A DNA stretch of 64,000 bases from Patescibacteria group bacterium (lineage in GTDB: Bacteria > Patescibacteriota > Minisyncoccia > Phycocordibacterales > UBA12445): NCBI GenBank assembly GCA_003504275.1, contig DOAO01000007.1, forward strand, positions 75,535 to 139,534. Reading direction: 5' to 3'. Below are positions 18,426 through 27,952 of the stretch, in pieces. Position 1 is the stretch's first letter, and the number at the start of each line of letters is the position of its first letter. A program made the position numbers and the translations under genes. Under the pieces are notes generated by a model, which searched no databases, was not told the DNA's origin, and saw nothing but the letters and a program-made list of their open reading frames with translations.

Positions 18426-19359
18426 AATTAGAGAAAATTGTCCCGTTTGTAGGAGTAGCGAAATCTCAGACATAAGGAGCAGGTACGATTTTACACTTTC
18501 TTTTTGTAAAAAGTGCGATTTTATGTTTGTTAAAGAAATATTTAATTATGATGATTTTTACAATTCTAAATATTTCCGTAATTATGCTAATTCAGAGGCC
18601 TTATTTGATAAGAACAAAGATTCTATAGAGGGGGAGTGTAGTTATGAAAAAAATAAAGACACTCACAAGATTAGCTATGAAGGTGGCTTTCGCGCGTTGA
18701 AAAAATCTATTGACCCACGTGGCGCTACTTATCTAGATATCGGGTGTGCCGAGGGTTATGGGGTTGAGTTGGCTAAAAATTTTGGGGCTATTCCATATGG
18801 GCTAGACGTTTCTAAGGATGCCGTTGAAAAATGTAGGGAAAGTGGTTTAGGGGACATGTTTGTAGGAGAGCTATCAAGTTGCCGATTTTCTAATATAAAA
18901 ATGGCGACCATGATAGATGTTCTGGAACATATGCAAGACCCTGTTTCTAACTTAAGGGCACTTAATAGAATAATGGAAACTGGAGGTTTTGTTTTTGTTA
19001 AGAATAATTTATTTTCCCTAGACTTGTTTATGAATGACAATGATTATTTTTTAAGAAATTTCGAACCACCCTACCACTGTAGTTATTTTTCCGAGAGTAA
19101 GATGGTAGAGATCTTTAATGATAATGGATTTAAATTAGTATACAGAAGACCCAATTTTGTGCTTCATGTTTTTCAAATTTACGGATATCTTAAGGGGCTT
19201 TTTAATCGGAAACACAGGGATCTTTACATGGAAAATAAAAAGAAGAGATTACCGGGATTAATGGCCAAAAAAATTAGCAAAGGAGGTTTTTGGGGTAGAA
19301 AGATGGAGGAGTTTTTCCCGTCGGGCTTTGTCTTTAAAAAGATAAAAAATATTAGTTAA
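18418..19359 (+). CDS. class I SAM-dependent methyltransferase with N-terminal Zn-ribbon
   Basis: CPVC...CKKC zinc ribbon. YLDIGCAEGYG motif I. IDVLEHMQDP. Confidence 0.55.
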   Translation: MIKIRENCPVCRSSEISDIRSRYDFTLSFCKKCDFMFVKEIFNYDDFYNSKYFRNYANSEALFDKNKDSIEGECSYEKNKDTHKISYEGGFRALKKSIDPRGATYLDIGCAEGYGVELAKNFGAIPYGLDVSKDAVEKCRESGLGDMFVGELSSCRFSNIKMATMIDVLEHMQDPVSNLRALNRIMETGGFVFVKNNLFSLDLFMNDNDYFLRNFEPPYHCSYFSESKMVEIFNDNGFKLVYRRPNFVLHVFQIYGYLKGLFNRKHRDLYMENKKKRLPGLMAKKISKGGFWGRKMEEFFPSGFVFKKIKNIS

Positions 19360-19368
19360 ATCTACTGT

Positions 19369-20748
19369 ATGAAAAAAACAATATTTATAACCAGTTTTCA
19401 CAGTATAATCTCAAAAAATATTTTTAATTCTGATGTTTTAAAGATATTGTCTGAAGATAAGAATATAAATATTGTTATTTTTGTTCCCTCCCATAAAAAA
19501 GAATTATTTGAAAAATATTACAAGAGAGATAATATAATCTTTGAGGGGATAAATCTTGAACCCTTAATTAACTCCAAGATAAACACCTTTTTTTCAAGAA
19601 TATCTTTTTTGCTTATGGATTCTCACTATCTTTGGTATAAAAAGGCGGAAAGGTTGGAGACTGCAAAAAACTTGAGGGGATATTTAAAATATTATTATGA
19701 AATTGTTTTTACAAAAATACTCAGCGGACACCGATTTGTAAATAACTTTTATAGGTTTTTTGATTACCTATTTACACCAAAGAATTTTTTCAAAAAATAT
19801 TTTGATGCATATAATCCTAACATGGTTTTTGTAACAGATCTTTTTGATAAGACTGATTCCGCCTTCTTAAGAGAAGCTAAATCTAACAAGGTTTTTTCAA
19901 TAGGAATGGTTAGATCTTGGGATAATTGCTGGAGTAAGGGGCTGATGAGAGTTTTGCCTGACAAATTTATTGTGAATAATGAAGTGATCAAAGATGAGAT
20001 CGTTTCAATGCACAATGCAGATAAAAAAAATATATTTGTTGGCGGGTTGCCACAATTTGATAAATTTTTATCTATGGACTTGGGCTCAAGAAAAGATTTT
20101 TTTGAAAAGTTGAAAATAAGGGAAGATAGAAGATTATTAATGTTTTCCCCATTAGGATATTCTTTATCGGACGTTGATTGGGAGATACTGCAGATTTTTA
20201 AAGATGCAATTAAAAATGGTGACCTACCTGAAAATATTCAATTTTTAATCAGAATGCATCCTGGCAGACCGTTGCCACTTAAGGATTTCACCCCAGACGA
20301 TCATTTTTATTTTGATAAACCAGGAATCGGAGAAGGAAAGGACGTGGAATTTCGACCAGACGACGTTGAGCATTTAGCCAAATCACTTTATTTTTCAGAG
20401 ATAATAATATGGGTAGCAACGACCCTGGGCTTAGATGCAGCTGTCTTTAATAAACCACAAATAGTTGTTAATTTTGATGGCTGGGAAAAACGCGAATATA
20501 TCAATAGTGTACGTAGATATCATAATGAGAACCATATGAGAAAAATGATAGACTGCGGAGGTGTAAAAGAGGTTTTAGACAGAGAATCTCTTATTGAGGC
20601 TATAAATAAATATTTAAACAATCCTTCTCTTGATCAGACCGGTAGAGACGCAATGGTAAAACAACAGCTCTATAAAATAGACGGTAGGTCAGGAGAGAGA
20701 ATAGCCAATTTTATTTTGAGTGAATTAGAAAAAATAGACAAAAAATAA
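19369..20748 (+). CDS. hypothetical GT-B-like protein (possible CDP-glycerol/capsule-type glycosyl- or glycerophosphotransferase)
   Basis: C-terminal IIIWVATTLGLDAAVFNKPQIVVNF resembles the Glyphos_transf / capsule biosynthesis family. Weak. Confidence 0.3.
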   Translation: MKKTIFITSFHSIISKNIFNSDVLKILSEDKNINIVIFVPSHKKELFEKYYKRDNIIFEGINLEPLINSKINTFFSRISFLLMDSHYLWYKKAERLETAKNLRGYLKYYYEIVFTKILSGHRFVNNFYRFFDYLFTPKNFFKKYFDAYNPNMVFVTDLFDKTDSAFLREAKSNKVFSIGMVRSWDNCWSKGLMRVLPDKFIVNNEVIKDEIVSMHNADKKNIFVGGLPQFDKFLSMDLGSRKDFFEKLKIREDRRLLMFSPLGYSLSDVDWEILQIFKDAIKNGDLPENIQFLIRMHPGRPLPLKDFTPDDHFYFDKPGIGEGKDVEFRPDDVEHLAKSLYFSEIIIWVATTLGLDAAVFNKPQIVVNFDGWEKREYINSVRRYHNENHMRKMIDCGGVKEVLDRESLIEAINKYLNNPSLDQTGRDAMVKQQLYKIDGRSGERIANFILSELEKIDKK

Positions 20749-20751
20749 ATT

Positions 20752-21468
20752 TTATTTTTTATTACTCTCGAGAAGCTTCATTTTTTGTTCCGCAATAAAC
20801 CAGTCCTCTTCCGTATTTATATCTACGTTGTATTTGTCGTCCATTGTGAATAGTTCAACTTTTTCTCCATATAAATTAGGAACATCTTCATATAGATTTT
20901 TGGGTCTCAGTAGATAAATAATATCGTTTCTTGAGTAGCATTCTGGTAAATCTTGGCTTCTTGTTATTATTTTCTTAAGTGGTTCTCCTGTAAATAAGGT
21001 AACTTTGTCGTCTTTATCTTTTTTTAATATCCAATAGGGATTATTGTTTGCTGTTGCCCTAATAACAGAGACCACTGAATCTGGTTTTTTGTCCTCAAAT
21101 ATTTTTATTGCTTCATCTATCTGTTCCGTCGTTCTGGTTGGATTTGTGGGTTGTAGTAGTGCTATTAAGTCGGGTTGGTAATTTTGATTTTGCTTCAACC
21201 ATTCATATGCGTGTTTGAGGACAGGTTCTATTCCCATTTTGTCTCCTGATAGTTCCTCTGGTCTAATGAAAGGAACTTCGGCTCCATATTCTCTTGCTAT
21301 GTCTGCAATTTTAACGTCGTCGGTTGAGACGATAACTCTATCTAATTTGCTCTTAATGGCACTCTCTATAGACCATGCAATAAGTGGCTTATTTAATAAA
21401 ATCTTTTCATTTTTATGAGGAATTCTTCTTGAGCCACCCCTTGCTGGTATTACAGCTAATATTTTCAT
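20752..21468 (-). CDS. neuA: acylneuraminate (nonulosonic acid) cytidylyltransferase, CMP-NulO synthetase
   Basis: MKILAVIPARGGSRRIPHKN is the CMP-NeuAc / CMP-Pse / CMP-Leg synthetase N-terminus. Confidence 0.75.
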   Translation of the reverse strand: MKILAVIPARGGSRRIPHKNEKILLNKPLIAWSIESAIKSKLDRVIVSTDDVKIADIAREYGAEVPFIRPEELSGDKMGIEPVLKHAYEWLKQNQNYQPDLIALLQPTNPTRTTEQIDEAIKIFEDKKPDSVVSVIRATANNNPYWILKKDKDDKVTLFTGEPLKKIITRSQDLPECYSRNDIIYLLRPKNLYEDVPNLYGEKVELFTMDDKYNVDINTEEDWFIAEQKMKLLESNKK

Positions 21469-21509
21469 ATTTTTTATGATATATTAAATCATTATTATCT
21501 TCAAACTAT

Positions 21510-22451
21510 ATGGAAATCAAATATTGGAAAATAGAGGACGGCATTAGAAAGGAAATAGAGGATCATTACAGAACCAGACTTGCTCTTTCTCTGAAGGAAC
21601 AAAGTGCAATAGAGATTGTTAAAGAGATAACTTTTGATAATGTCGCCCCAAATTTAAATGTGAAGGAGGTTGATAGTCTTATTTCTTTTGTTAACAAAAA
21701 TTTTTTAGAAGAGAAATTGGAAGGTGTCGGGCTAGAGGTCGGCGCAGGATGCGGATTTTTCAGCGCTGTTTTTGCTAAAGAAGCTACTGTAAAAAAGGTT
21801 TATGCCCTAGAGATAGTGGAGAATATTGTAAAAGAACTGATGCCTAAGGTCGTTGAATCTGTCGCGGGTAAAAATAGTAATAAAGTTGTTGGATGTGTGG
21901 GGGAGTTTAATAATATAGAATTACCTAATAATTCTGTTGATTTTGTATTCGATTTTTATTCACTACACCATTCTAATAATCTGGAAAAAACTTTTAGAGA
22001 ATTATTTAGGGTTTTAAAACCAGGGGGTTTTGTTTTGTGTTTTGACAAAGCCAGGAGCAATTCACTTAGCAGGGAACAATTAGACGGCCTTTTAGATAAG
22101 GAATATCCACGCGAAGCAAAAATTAACATGGGTATAGATCCTTCCGCTATTCATACACGAAGAATGAACGGAGAATATGAGTATAGGCTTAAAGATTGGG
22201 AAAAGGCTTTTTTGGATTCAGGTTTTAATAATTTTTATCACTATCATTTGGCTAGAATGGGCTCGGGCGGTGTTTTTTCTCGGATATACAAAAAGATGAT
22301 TTCAATTTTTCCTATAAAGTTACAAATATTTATAAATAACCTTTTATTGAGAAATAAGAAGGTTAATAATTTAGATGTTTCTAATGTTATCTACACTCGC
22401 TTAGTAGATAATATGCCAAAAGAAATTTCGCTGATGATGGTTTATAAATAA
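21510..22451 (+). CDS. class I SAM-dependent methyltransferase
   Basis: GLEVGAGCGFFS motif I and LKPGGFVLCFD. Confidence 0.55.
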   Translation: MEIKYWKIEDGIRKEIEDHYRTRLALSLKEQSAIEIVKEITFDNVAPNLNVKEVDSLISFVNKNFLEEKLEGVGLEVGAGCGFFSAVFAKEATVKKVYALEIVENIVKELMPKVVESVAGKNSNKVVGCVGEFNNIELPNNSVDFVFDFYSLHHSNNLEKTFRELFRVLKPGGFVLCFDKARSNSLSREQLDGLLDKEYPREAKINMGIDPSAIHTRRMNGEYEYRLKDWEKAFLDSGFNNFYHYHLARMGSGGVFSRIYKKMISIFPIKLQIFINNLLLRNKKVNNLDVSNVIYTRLVDNMPKEISLMMVYK

Positions 22452-22476
22452 AAAAAGACCACAATTTCTTGTGGTC
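22450..22476 (-). terminator. rho-independent terminator for the minus-strand radical SAM gene
   Basis: Hairpin GACCACAA-TTTC-TTGTGGTC. On the minus strand it is followed by a T6 run. Confidence 0.55.
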
Positions 22477-22483
22477 CTGTCTG

Positions 22484-24139
22484 CTACATATTTAGAATAT
22501 CTTCTATTCTCCCATTGTCTATTTTTTTTCTTGCCTCCAGAAAAATTTCGTTAGACATTTCGCTGAAGTTAAGTGGTTCTCCATTCTTGTCCAATAATAC
22601 TTTTGTTGCATCATCCAGTTCAAGAACATAATTTTGAAGCTTGTCGTCGAAAATCAGCTCTCTTTTATTGCTGAATTTTATTTCAAAATGCTTGTTAAGA
22701 ATCTTTGTGACATGGGGGTCGCTAAACATCCTTGTTCCAGGATAAGCCGTCGCAGTAAACATCTTTTTATTAATTGAGCCAACTGCAATTTTATGAGACT
22801 CTGTGCCTGGAGTTAATTCTTTAGAGACATTTTCTATCTGCCACAGTATGAAAGAAACACTCTTCTTTAAGTCATTAAGTGTTTCTCCTGGGTAACCCAT
22901 TATCCAAGTGCAGTTTGAATGTATTCCGTAAATTAGGCAGTTGTTTATTCCCTCAATCATTGTTCTTGGGAATTCAAAATCATAACCAGGTATTTTAATC
23001 ATACCTTTTTTGAGTATAAATCCACCCTTCCCCATTTTCTCTAGTATTTTTTTACTCGCACTTTCTGCGCCAAAACCTATATAAATGCACCCAGAGTCAG
23101 CCATATCCTTAAGTCTTTCGTCGGCCTCATCTATTCTTGTGTGCGTTCCCCAGCGAAGTTCAATTTCTTTGAATAATAGGGGTAGCAATTTTAATCTTTT
23201 TGTATCAACGGCAAAATTGTCGTCAGGATACCCAAGAAAATCTATTGCATATTTATCCTTAAGTATTTTTGCCTCCTGAAAAAGATTTTCAGCGCTTCTC
23301 ATTCTGTAATTTCTCTCCCCCTGAGAACCACGATAACAAAAAGCACAGTTGTATGGACAACCTCGGCTACTGACCGTAGTAAGACTTTTTTTCATTGTAA
23401 ATGGTGTAGCAGAACTATTATTCGCTGACCCACCCCAAACTGGAGTGTCAATGTACCAATCAAGGAGTCTATTACCAAAAACATCTACTTCAAGTAAATC
23501 TAGCGCAGGAAGGGGTAAAGAATTAAGGTCTTTGGGTCTGCTACCGGGGTATAAGAAGCGATGCCTACCATTAATTTTACCAAAATAGAAAGGAGAATTA
23601 AGGTTACGATCAAAATTATTAAACGCCCCATTTTTCTTGAGATCCAAAATCTCTTTAGCGATTACCAGGATAATATCGTCTCCCTCTGAGTGCCCGATAG
23701 CATCAATGTCATTTATCCAATTAAAGAGTTCGCCACGGATTTCGGTTGCAAGTCCTCCTCCAGAAATCATAAATGATTGTGGACTCGTTTTTCTACAAAT
23801 ATTGGCCACAATTTTTTGCCATCTTAGCGTTGTAATCATTCCAGAGAGGGCGATAATGTCTGGTTCGCCAAATTTATTGAAATGGCTTTCCAGGAGAAAT
23901 TTCACCTCATTCTCTGTGAGGTGTCTTCCCAAAGAAGCTCTTTTGGCTTCCGATAATTCATCAATTATACGATAGGCGTTAAGATCAACAATAGAAACAT
24001 CCGCTCCGTGGCTTCTAAGTCTGGATGCGAGTAATAGTGGTCCTTGTGGTGGTACATTTGGCCTAGCCATCTCCCTTAATGGCATATTAATGAAAACAAC
24101 ATTCAAACCTCTTAGTTCAGAAAATTCTTTTATGATCAT
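22484..24139 (-). CDS. B12-binding domain-containing radical SAM protein
   Basis: N-terminal cobalamin-binding Rossmann-like region. Radical SAM CxxxCxxC = CPYNCAFC. Confidence 0.7.
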   Translation of the reverse strand: MIIKEFSELRGLNVVFINMPLREMARPNVPPQGPLLLASRLRSHGADVSIVDLNAYRIIDELSEAKRASLGRHLTENEVKFLLESHFNKFGEPDIIALSGMITTLRWQKIVANICRKTSPQSFMISGGGLATEIRGELFNWINDIDAIGHSEGDDIILVIAKEILDLKKNGAFNNFDRNLNSPFYFGKINGRHRFLYPGSRPKDLNSLPLPALDLLEVDVFGNRLLDWYIDTPVWGGSANNSSATPFTMKKSLTTVSSRGCPYNCAFCYRGSQGERNYRMRSAENLFQEAKILKDKYAIDFLGYPDDNFAVDTKRLKLLPLLFKEIELRWGTHTRIDEADERLKDMADSGCIYIGFGAESASKKILEKMGKGGFILKKGMIKIPGYDFEFPRTMIEGINNCLIYGIHSNCTWIMGYPGETLNDLKKSVSFILWQIENVSKELTPGTESHKIAVGSINKKMFTATAYPGTRMFSDPHVTKILNKHFEIKFSNKRELIFDDKLQNYVLELDDATKVLLDKNGEPLNFSEMSNEIFLEARKKIDNGRIEDILNM

Positions 24140-24320
24140 ATTACCCCTCCTCTTCTTTATTTTAAGTTTTCAAAGTTCAGACTATTTTAAATTATAAAAG
24201 CACATAAATGGTATTTTTACAATAGCAACATAACAATTAAGATAGAAGATTATTCAATAATCGTGTTTAGATAATAGATGTGCCCAGTTTTTCTTATCTT
24301 ATGCCGAATAATAATTAAAA

Positions 24321-24342
24321 GCCGACTCTTGTGAGAGTCGGC
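24321..24342. terminator. hairpin terminator downstream of the small radical SAM gene
   Basis: GCCGACTCT-TGTGA-GAGTCGGC with A/T runs on both sides. Confidence 0.5.
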
Positions 24343-24350
24343 AAAATTTT

Positions 24351-25154
24351 TTATGTGGAAGTGGGTACGCCCCAGAATTCACATTTAGCGCAAAGGGGAA
24401 TTCCTGCTCTTTTTCCTTGCTTATGGAGTTCGAGCCACTCAAGTCTCTGTTTACCATTCCATATCTCGGCTAGGGTATTTTCATTTACATTGCCTATGAC
24501 TCCGAGATGGTTTGGGTCGAATCTGACACAGATTGAGACATCTCCTGTAATACTGATGCAAAGATGGCTAAGAAAGTCGAGACATATTCCTATTTCCGGT
24601 ATTGTGGGATTTTTTTTCTGATACTTGAAACTTCCCATTGGATGATGTAGAACCCTCTTTACCATAAGAAGTCCAAGGTGTTCATACCCCTTAGGATCAA
24701 TTTCCCCGATGAGACGAAGGTTCGTAAACGGTTTTCTATTTCCTTTTATTTTTACGAATTCTTCGATTATTTTGAGCTGTTCTTCTGCTTCGGTGTCCCC
24801 TTCAAATATTGAAATAGACATCGTATCGAGGTTGTCAATTATCTCGTCGGCTTTTTTGATGAGCAGTTTTCCGTTGGTTGTAATGCTTTTAATTTGTCTT
24901 GTAAATAATTTTAAGGCGTCGCCAAATCTGGGATAGAGTAGACCTTCTCCGTCTTTGTGAAATTGAACCACAATGTTTGAAGGAAGTTGCTCTGCTATTT
25001 TACGCAGTATTTCAAAGTCGGCGTCACCATATTTAAGCGTAAGTTCCGGAAAATCCTTTTCTACTTTTCTTCTGCCACACATCCAACATTTTTTGTTGCA
25101 CCTATTTGTGAGCTCAACATTGACGCAGTTAAGACCAAAAAGCCCTTTTTCCAT
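24351..25154 (-). CDS. radical SAM protein with C-terminal Cys-rich (SPASM/twitch-like) region
   Basis: CNKKCWMC (CX3CX2C) near the N-terminus. C-terminal CxxxxxxC...CAKCEFWG. Confidence 0.65.
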   Translation of the reverse strand: MEKGLFGLNCVNVELTNRCNKKCWMCGRRKVEKDFPELTLKYGDADFEILRKIAEQLPSNIVVQFHKDGEGLLYPRFGDALKLFTRQIKSITTNGKLLIKKADEIIDNLDTMSISIFEGDTEAEEQLKIIEEFVKIKGNRKPFTNLRLIGEIDPKGYEHLGLLMVKRVLHHPMGSFKYQKKNPTIPEIGICLDFLSHLCISITGDVSICVRFDPNHLGVIGNVNENTLAEIWNGKQRLEWLELHKQGKRAGIPLCAKCEFWGVPTST

Positions 25155-25161
25155 ATTTATT

Positions 25162-25170
25162 CCCCCCCCC
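25162..25170. repeat. homopolymeric tract C9 on plus (G9 on minus) forming the RBS of the radical SAM gene
   Basis: On the minus strand: AAGGGGGGGGGAATAAATATG. Nine G ending 7 nt before the start codon, in a very AT-rich genome. Confidence 0.6.
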
Positions 25171-25323
25171 TTATTTTCAAAGTCCTAAGTTGACAAAAGA
25201 TTAACATCTTATTAATTATTTGTCAAAAAATAAAAATGATTTTCGTTGACGCTACTTTATTAATGTGATATCTTCATTCTTAGGTCTTGGAACTTTTACA
25301 ATAAAAAAGAAGGGGGAGATATT

Positions 25324-26187
25324 ATGGCTATTAAGATTGGAAACAGGCTTGTGGGCCTCGGTCACCCGTGTTTCATTATCGGAGAAATAGGCATCAATCA
25401 CAATGGTGATGTTGCTGTCGCCAAAAGGCTTATCGAGGTTGCTAAGAATGCTGGATGTGACGCAGTTAAGTTCCAGAAAAGAACAATTGATATCGTCTAC
25501 CGGCCCGAAGAACTGGCTATGCCAAGGGAAAATCTTTTTGGTAAAACGAATGGCGATCTCAAGCGCGGACTCGAATTCGGTCAGAAAGAATATGAAGAGA
25601 TTGATCGTTATTGTAAGGAAATCGGCATCATATGGTTCGCTTCTCCGTGGGACGAGGACAGTGTTGATTTTCTCGAACAGTTTAATCCGCCCTGCTATAA
25701 AGTAGCTTCCGCTAGTTTGACTGATAGCGGTCTTTTGTCTCATATTAAGACGAAAGGAAGGCCGATTATCTTATCGACAGGCATGAGCACAATGAAGGAA
25801 ATCGAGTACGCATTCAAGGTTCTGGGAAAGGAAAATTTAATAATTCTTCACACCGTTTCCACCTATCCTTCAGAAAATGACGAGTGCAATCTCGCTGTTA
25901 TGGGAACTCTCAAGAACAAATTTAAAGATGTTCCTATTGGATATAGCGGACACGAGAGGGGTATTGTAATTTCTGTAGCGGCTGTTGCACTCGGTGCTTG
26001 TGTTATAGAGAGACATATTACCCTTGATCGCGCAATGTGGGGTTCTGATCAGGCGGCGAGTATTGAGCCAAAAGGTCTCGAACTTTTGGTCCGCGATATT
26101 CGTATGGTCGAGACAGCTATTGGAAGTCCCGAGAAAAAAGTTTACGAAAAAGAGATAGCGATAAAGAAGAAACTCCGCAGAAAATAA
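25324..26187 (+). CDS. neuB: N-acetylneuraminate synthase family (NeuB/PseI/LegI-like nonulosonic acid synthase), short form without obvious SAF domain
   Basis: FIIGEIGINHNGDVAVAKRLIEVAKNAGCDAVKFQKRT is the NeuB N-terminus. 287 aa. Strong SD GGGGGAG upstream. Confidence 0.75.
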   Translation: MAIKIGNRLVGLGHPCFIIGEIGINHNGDVAVAKRLIEVAKNAGCDAVKFQKRTIDIVYRPEELAMPRENLFGKTNGDLKRGLEFGQKEYEEIDRYCKEIGIIWFASPWDEDSVDFLEQFNPPCYKVASASLTDSGLLSHIKTKGRPIILSTGMSTMKEIEYAFKVLGKENLIILHTVSTYPSENDECNLAVMGTLKNKFKDVPIGYSGHERGIVISVAAVALGACVIERHITLDRAMWGSDQAASIEPKGLELLVRDIRMVETAIGSPEKKVYEKEIAIKKKLRRK

Positions 26188-26206
26188 ACAAAAAAGTTTT
26201 TACTTA

Positions 26207-26236
26207 AAAGGGCGAACAAATGTTCGCCCTTTATTT
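26207..26236. terminator. bidirectional rho-independent terminator between convergent neuB and the flippase gene
   Basis: AAAGGGCGAACA-AATG-TTCGCCCTTT followed by TATTTTTTAAATTTTT. Confidence 0.6.
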
Positions 26237-26237
26237 T

Positions 26238-27488
26238 TTAAATTTTTCTAAGTGTATAGAAATTAAGAATAAGATTTATAAAACCGTTTAATATTTCTGC
26301 GGCTACTGCTCCGGCTAATCCCCAGATGGGTAGTAGTATCAGTTTGAGAATTAATAATATAGTAGGATTAATAACAGATAAAAAATAATTTATTTTTTTT
26401 CCACCATGAGCTGTAATTGCAATACTCAGTGGTTTTTTGGAATAAGTTAGCAGAGTAAGGGCTAAGAACTGTGAATATATTATAGCCTCATTATATTGAG
26501 GAAAGAATATATTATAAAAATAAGGTATCAATAAAATATAAAGAACAGTAGGAATTATCATTAGCAGGGTGATTTTTAGAGACTTGATTGGAAGCGTCTT
26601 TTTTAAATCCTCAATACTTCTGGATGCTATTTTGGGAATAAGCAGGGAGTTTGATGTTTTTAGCATTGATGCAACTTGATCTACCGGGGCGGAGGCGAAG
26701 GCATAGATAGCCAGTGGTGTGGCTCCCAGGTAATGGAAAACAAGGATTTTGTCTATATTACTGCTTATCATCCCTAATATACCCATTAAGCTGAGGTGTT
26801 TTCCATATTTTATTGCCCCTTTTTCAACATCATGATTTGGTTTATATTTGCTGACGGTAACGAAATAGTAAAAGGTTACCATTATTGCATTTGATAAAAA
26901 ATAAGACCCGACAACATAGACGGGACTGCCAGTTAGCAAGATGGTGACAATCATTACAGCATTTGTGAACAAGCCGGAAGTTACACCATACGTTGTGGAG
27001 GTTTTGAATTCTTTTTTTCCCGTTAGAAATGCTCCATAAAGACTAAGGTTTGTCGTTATTGGCGACAATAGAGCGGGAAAGAGAAGGGAGATACCTAGGG
27101 TATAGTTTTGATTTAAAAAATAATAGGCAGAGATAGCTAACGATATTGATGTGGGAATGAAGCTCCACTTAAAACCTGTTTTAATCGCGGCATACATAGT
27201 ACCTTCAAACCCTCGGGAAACTGATTGGGCTACAATAGTTCCAAGTCCTGTCAGATAGAAGGCACTCGTTATTCCCGCTAAAGACATAATATATTTGTAG
27301 CTTCCATATGAATCTTTTGGGAAGTAGTTTGCAAAAACGAGAGACATTATGAATGTCCCAATCATAGATACACCAAAACCGGAACCAAGCCAAAAACCGC
27401 CCTTAGCGAAATAGACCAGGTCGGTTTTTAAATATCTTCCACCTAGTTTAAGCCATTCAAATACCTTTATCTTTATTTTTTTCAGCAT
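26238..27488 (-). CDS. oligosaccharide flippase (Wzx/MOP superfamily polysaccharide biosynthesis protein)
   Basis: 416 aa, ~12 TM helices, general MOP flippase architecture. Confidence 0.6.
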   Translation of the reverse strand: MLKKIKIKVFEWLKLGGRYLKTDLVYFAKGGFWLGSGFGVSMIGTFIMSLVFANYFPKDSYGSYKYIMSLAGITSAFYLTGLGTIVAQSVSRGFEGTMYAAIKTGFKWSFIPTSISLAISAYYFLNQNYTLGISLLFPALLSPITTNLSLYGAFLTGKKEFKTSTTYGVTSGLFTNAVMIVTILLTGSPVYVVGSYFLSNAIMVTFYYFVTVSKYKPNHDVEKGAIKYGKHLSLMGILGMISSNIDKILVFHYLGATPLAIYAFASAPVDQVASMLKTSNSLLIPKIASRSIEDLKKTLPIKSLKITLLMIIPTVLYILLIPYFYNIFFPQYNEAIIYSQFLALTLLTYSKKPLSIAITAHGGKKINYFLSVINPTILLILKLILLPIWGLAGAVAAEILNGFINLILNFYTLRKI

Positions 27489-27606
27489 CTTAACAATTTT
27501 AGACTATTTGTCGTCCTTTTGATAGAGTTACCGTTATTGAAACTATTGTTTGTGTTATTTGGTTACAAATACACCCTATTAAATAAAATTTAAAATTAAA
27601 TAATAT

Positions 27607-27864
27607 ATGTACTGCTATGTCTATGTTTTGAGGTCTGATAAGGATGGTAAAATGTATACTGGTTATACAAATAATTTAAAATTTAGATTTGATAGTCACA
27701 ATAAGGGTCTAGTGTTCTCAACAAAAAACAGAAAACCTTTTAAATTGATATATTTTGAGGGGTGCTTAAATCAACAAGATGCGACTAGGCGTGAAAAATA
27801 TTTGAAGACTATTTATGGAAAGAGGTTTATTAAAAGCAGGATCAAATCTTATTTAATAGGGTAA
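27607..27864 (+). CDS. GIY-YIG nuclease domain protein
   Basis: CYVYVLRSDKDGKMYTGYTNNLKFRFDSHN carries the GIY...YTG core. 85 aa. Confidence 0.55.
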   Translation: MYCYVYVLRSDKDGKMYTGYTNNLKFRFDSHNKGLVFSTKNRKPFKLIYFEGCLNQQDATRREKYLKTIYGKRFIKSRIKSYLIG

Positions 27865-27927
27865 ATGAAAAATAAATACAAGATAGGGGTGGCGGGGGTT
27901 GGGATGGTGGGTGTTCAGGTGAGATAA
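27865..27927 (+). pseudogene. duplicated 5' fragment (20 codons) of the downstream UDP-glucose dehydrogenase-like gene
   Basis: MKNKYKIGVAGVGMVGVQVR* matches the start of the 28959 gene (KKGQYKIGVAGVGMVGVQAERW). A 37-nt stretch is identical (27883-27919 = 28992-29028). Confidence 0.6.
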
Positions 27928-27952
27928 ACGGAAAGATGGTAAGATTAAAAAA

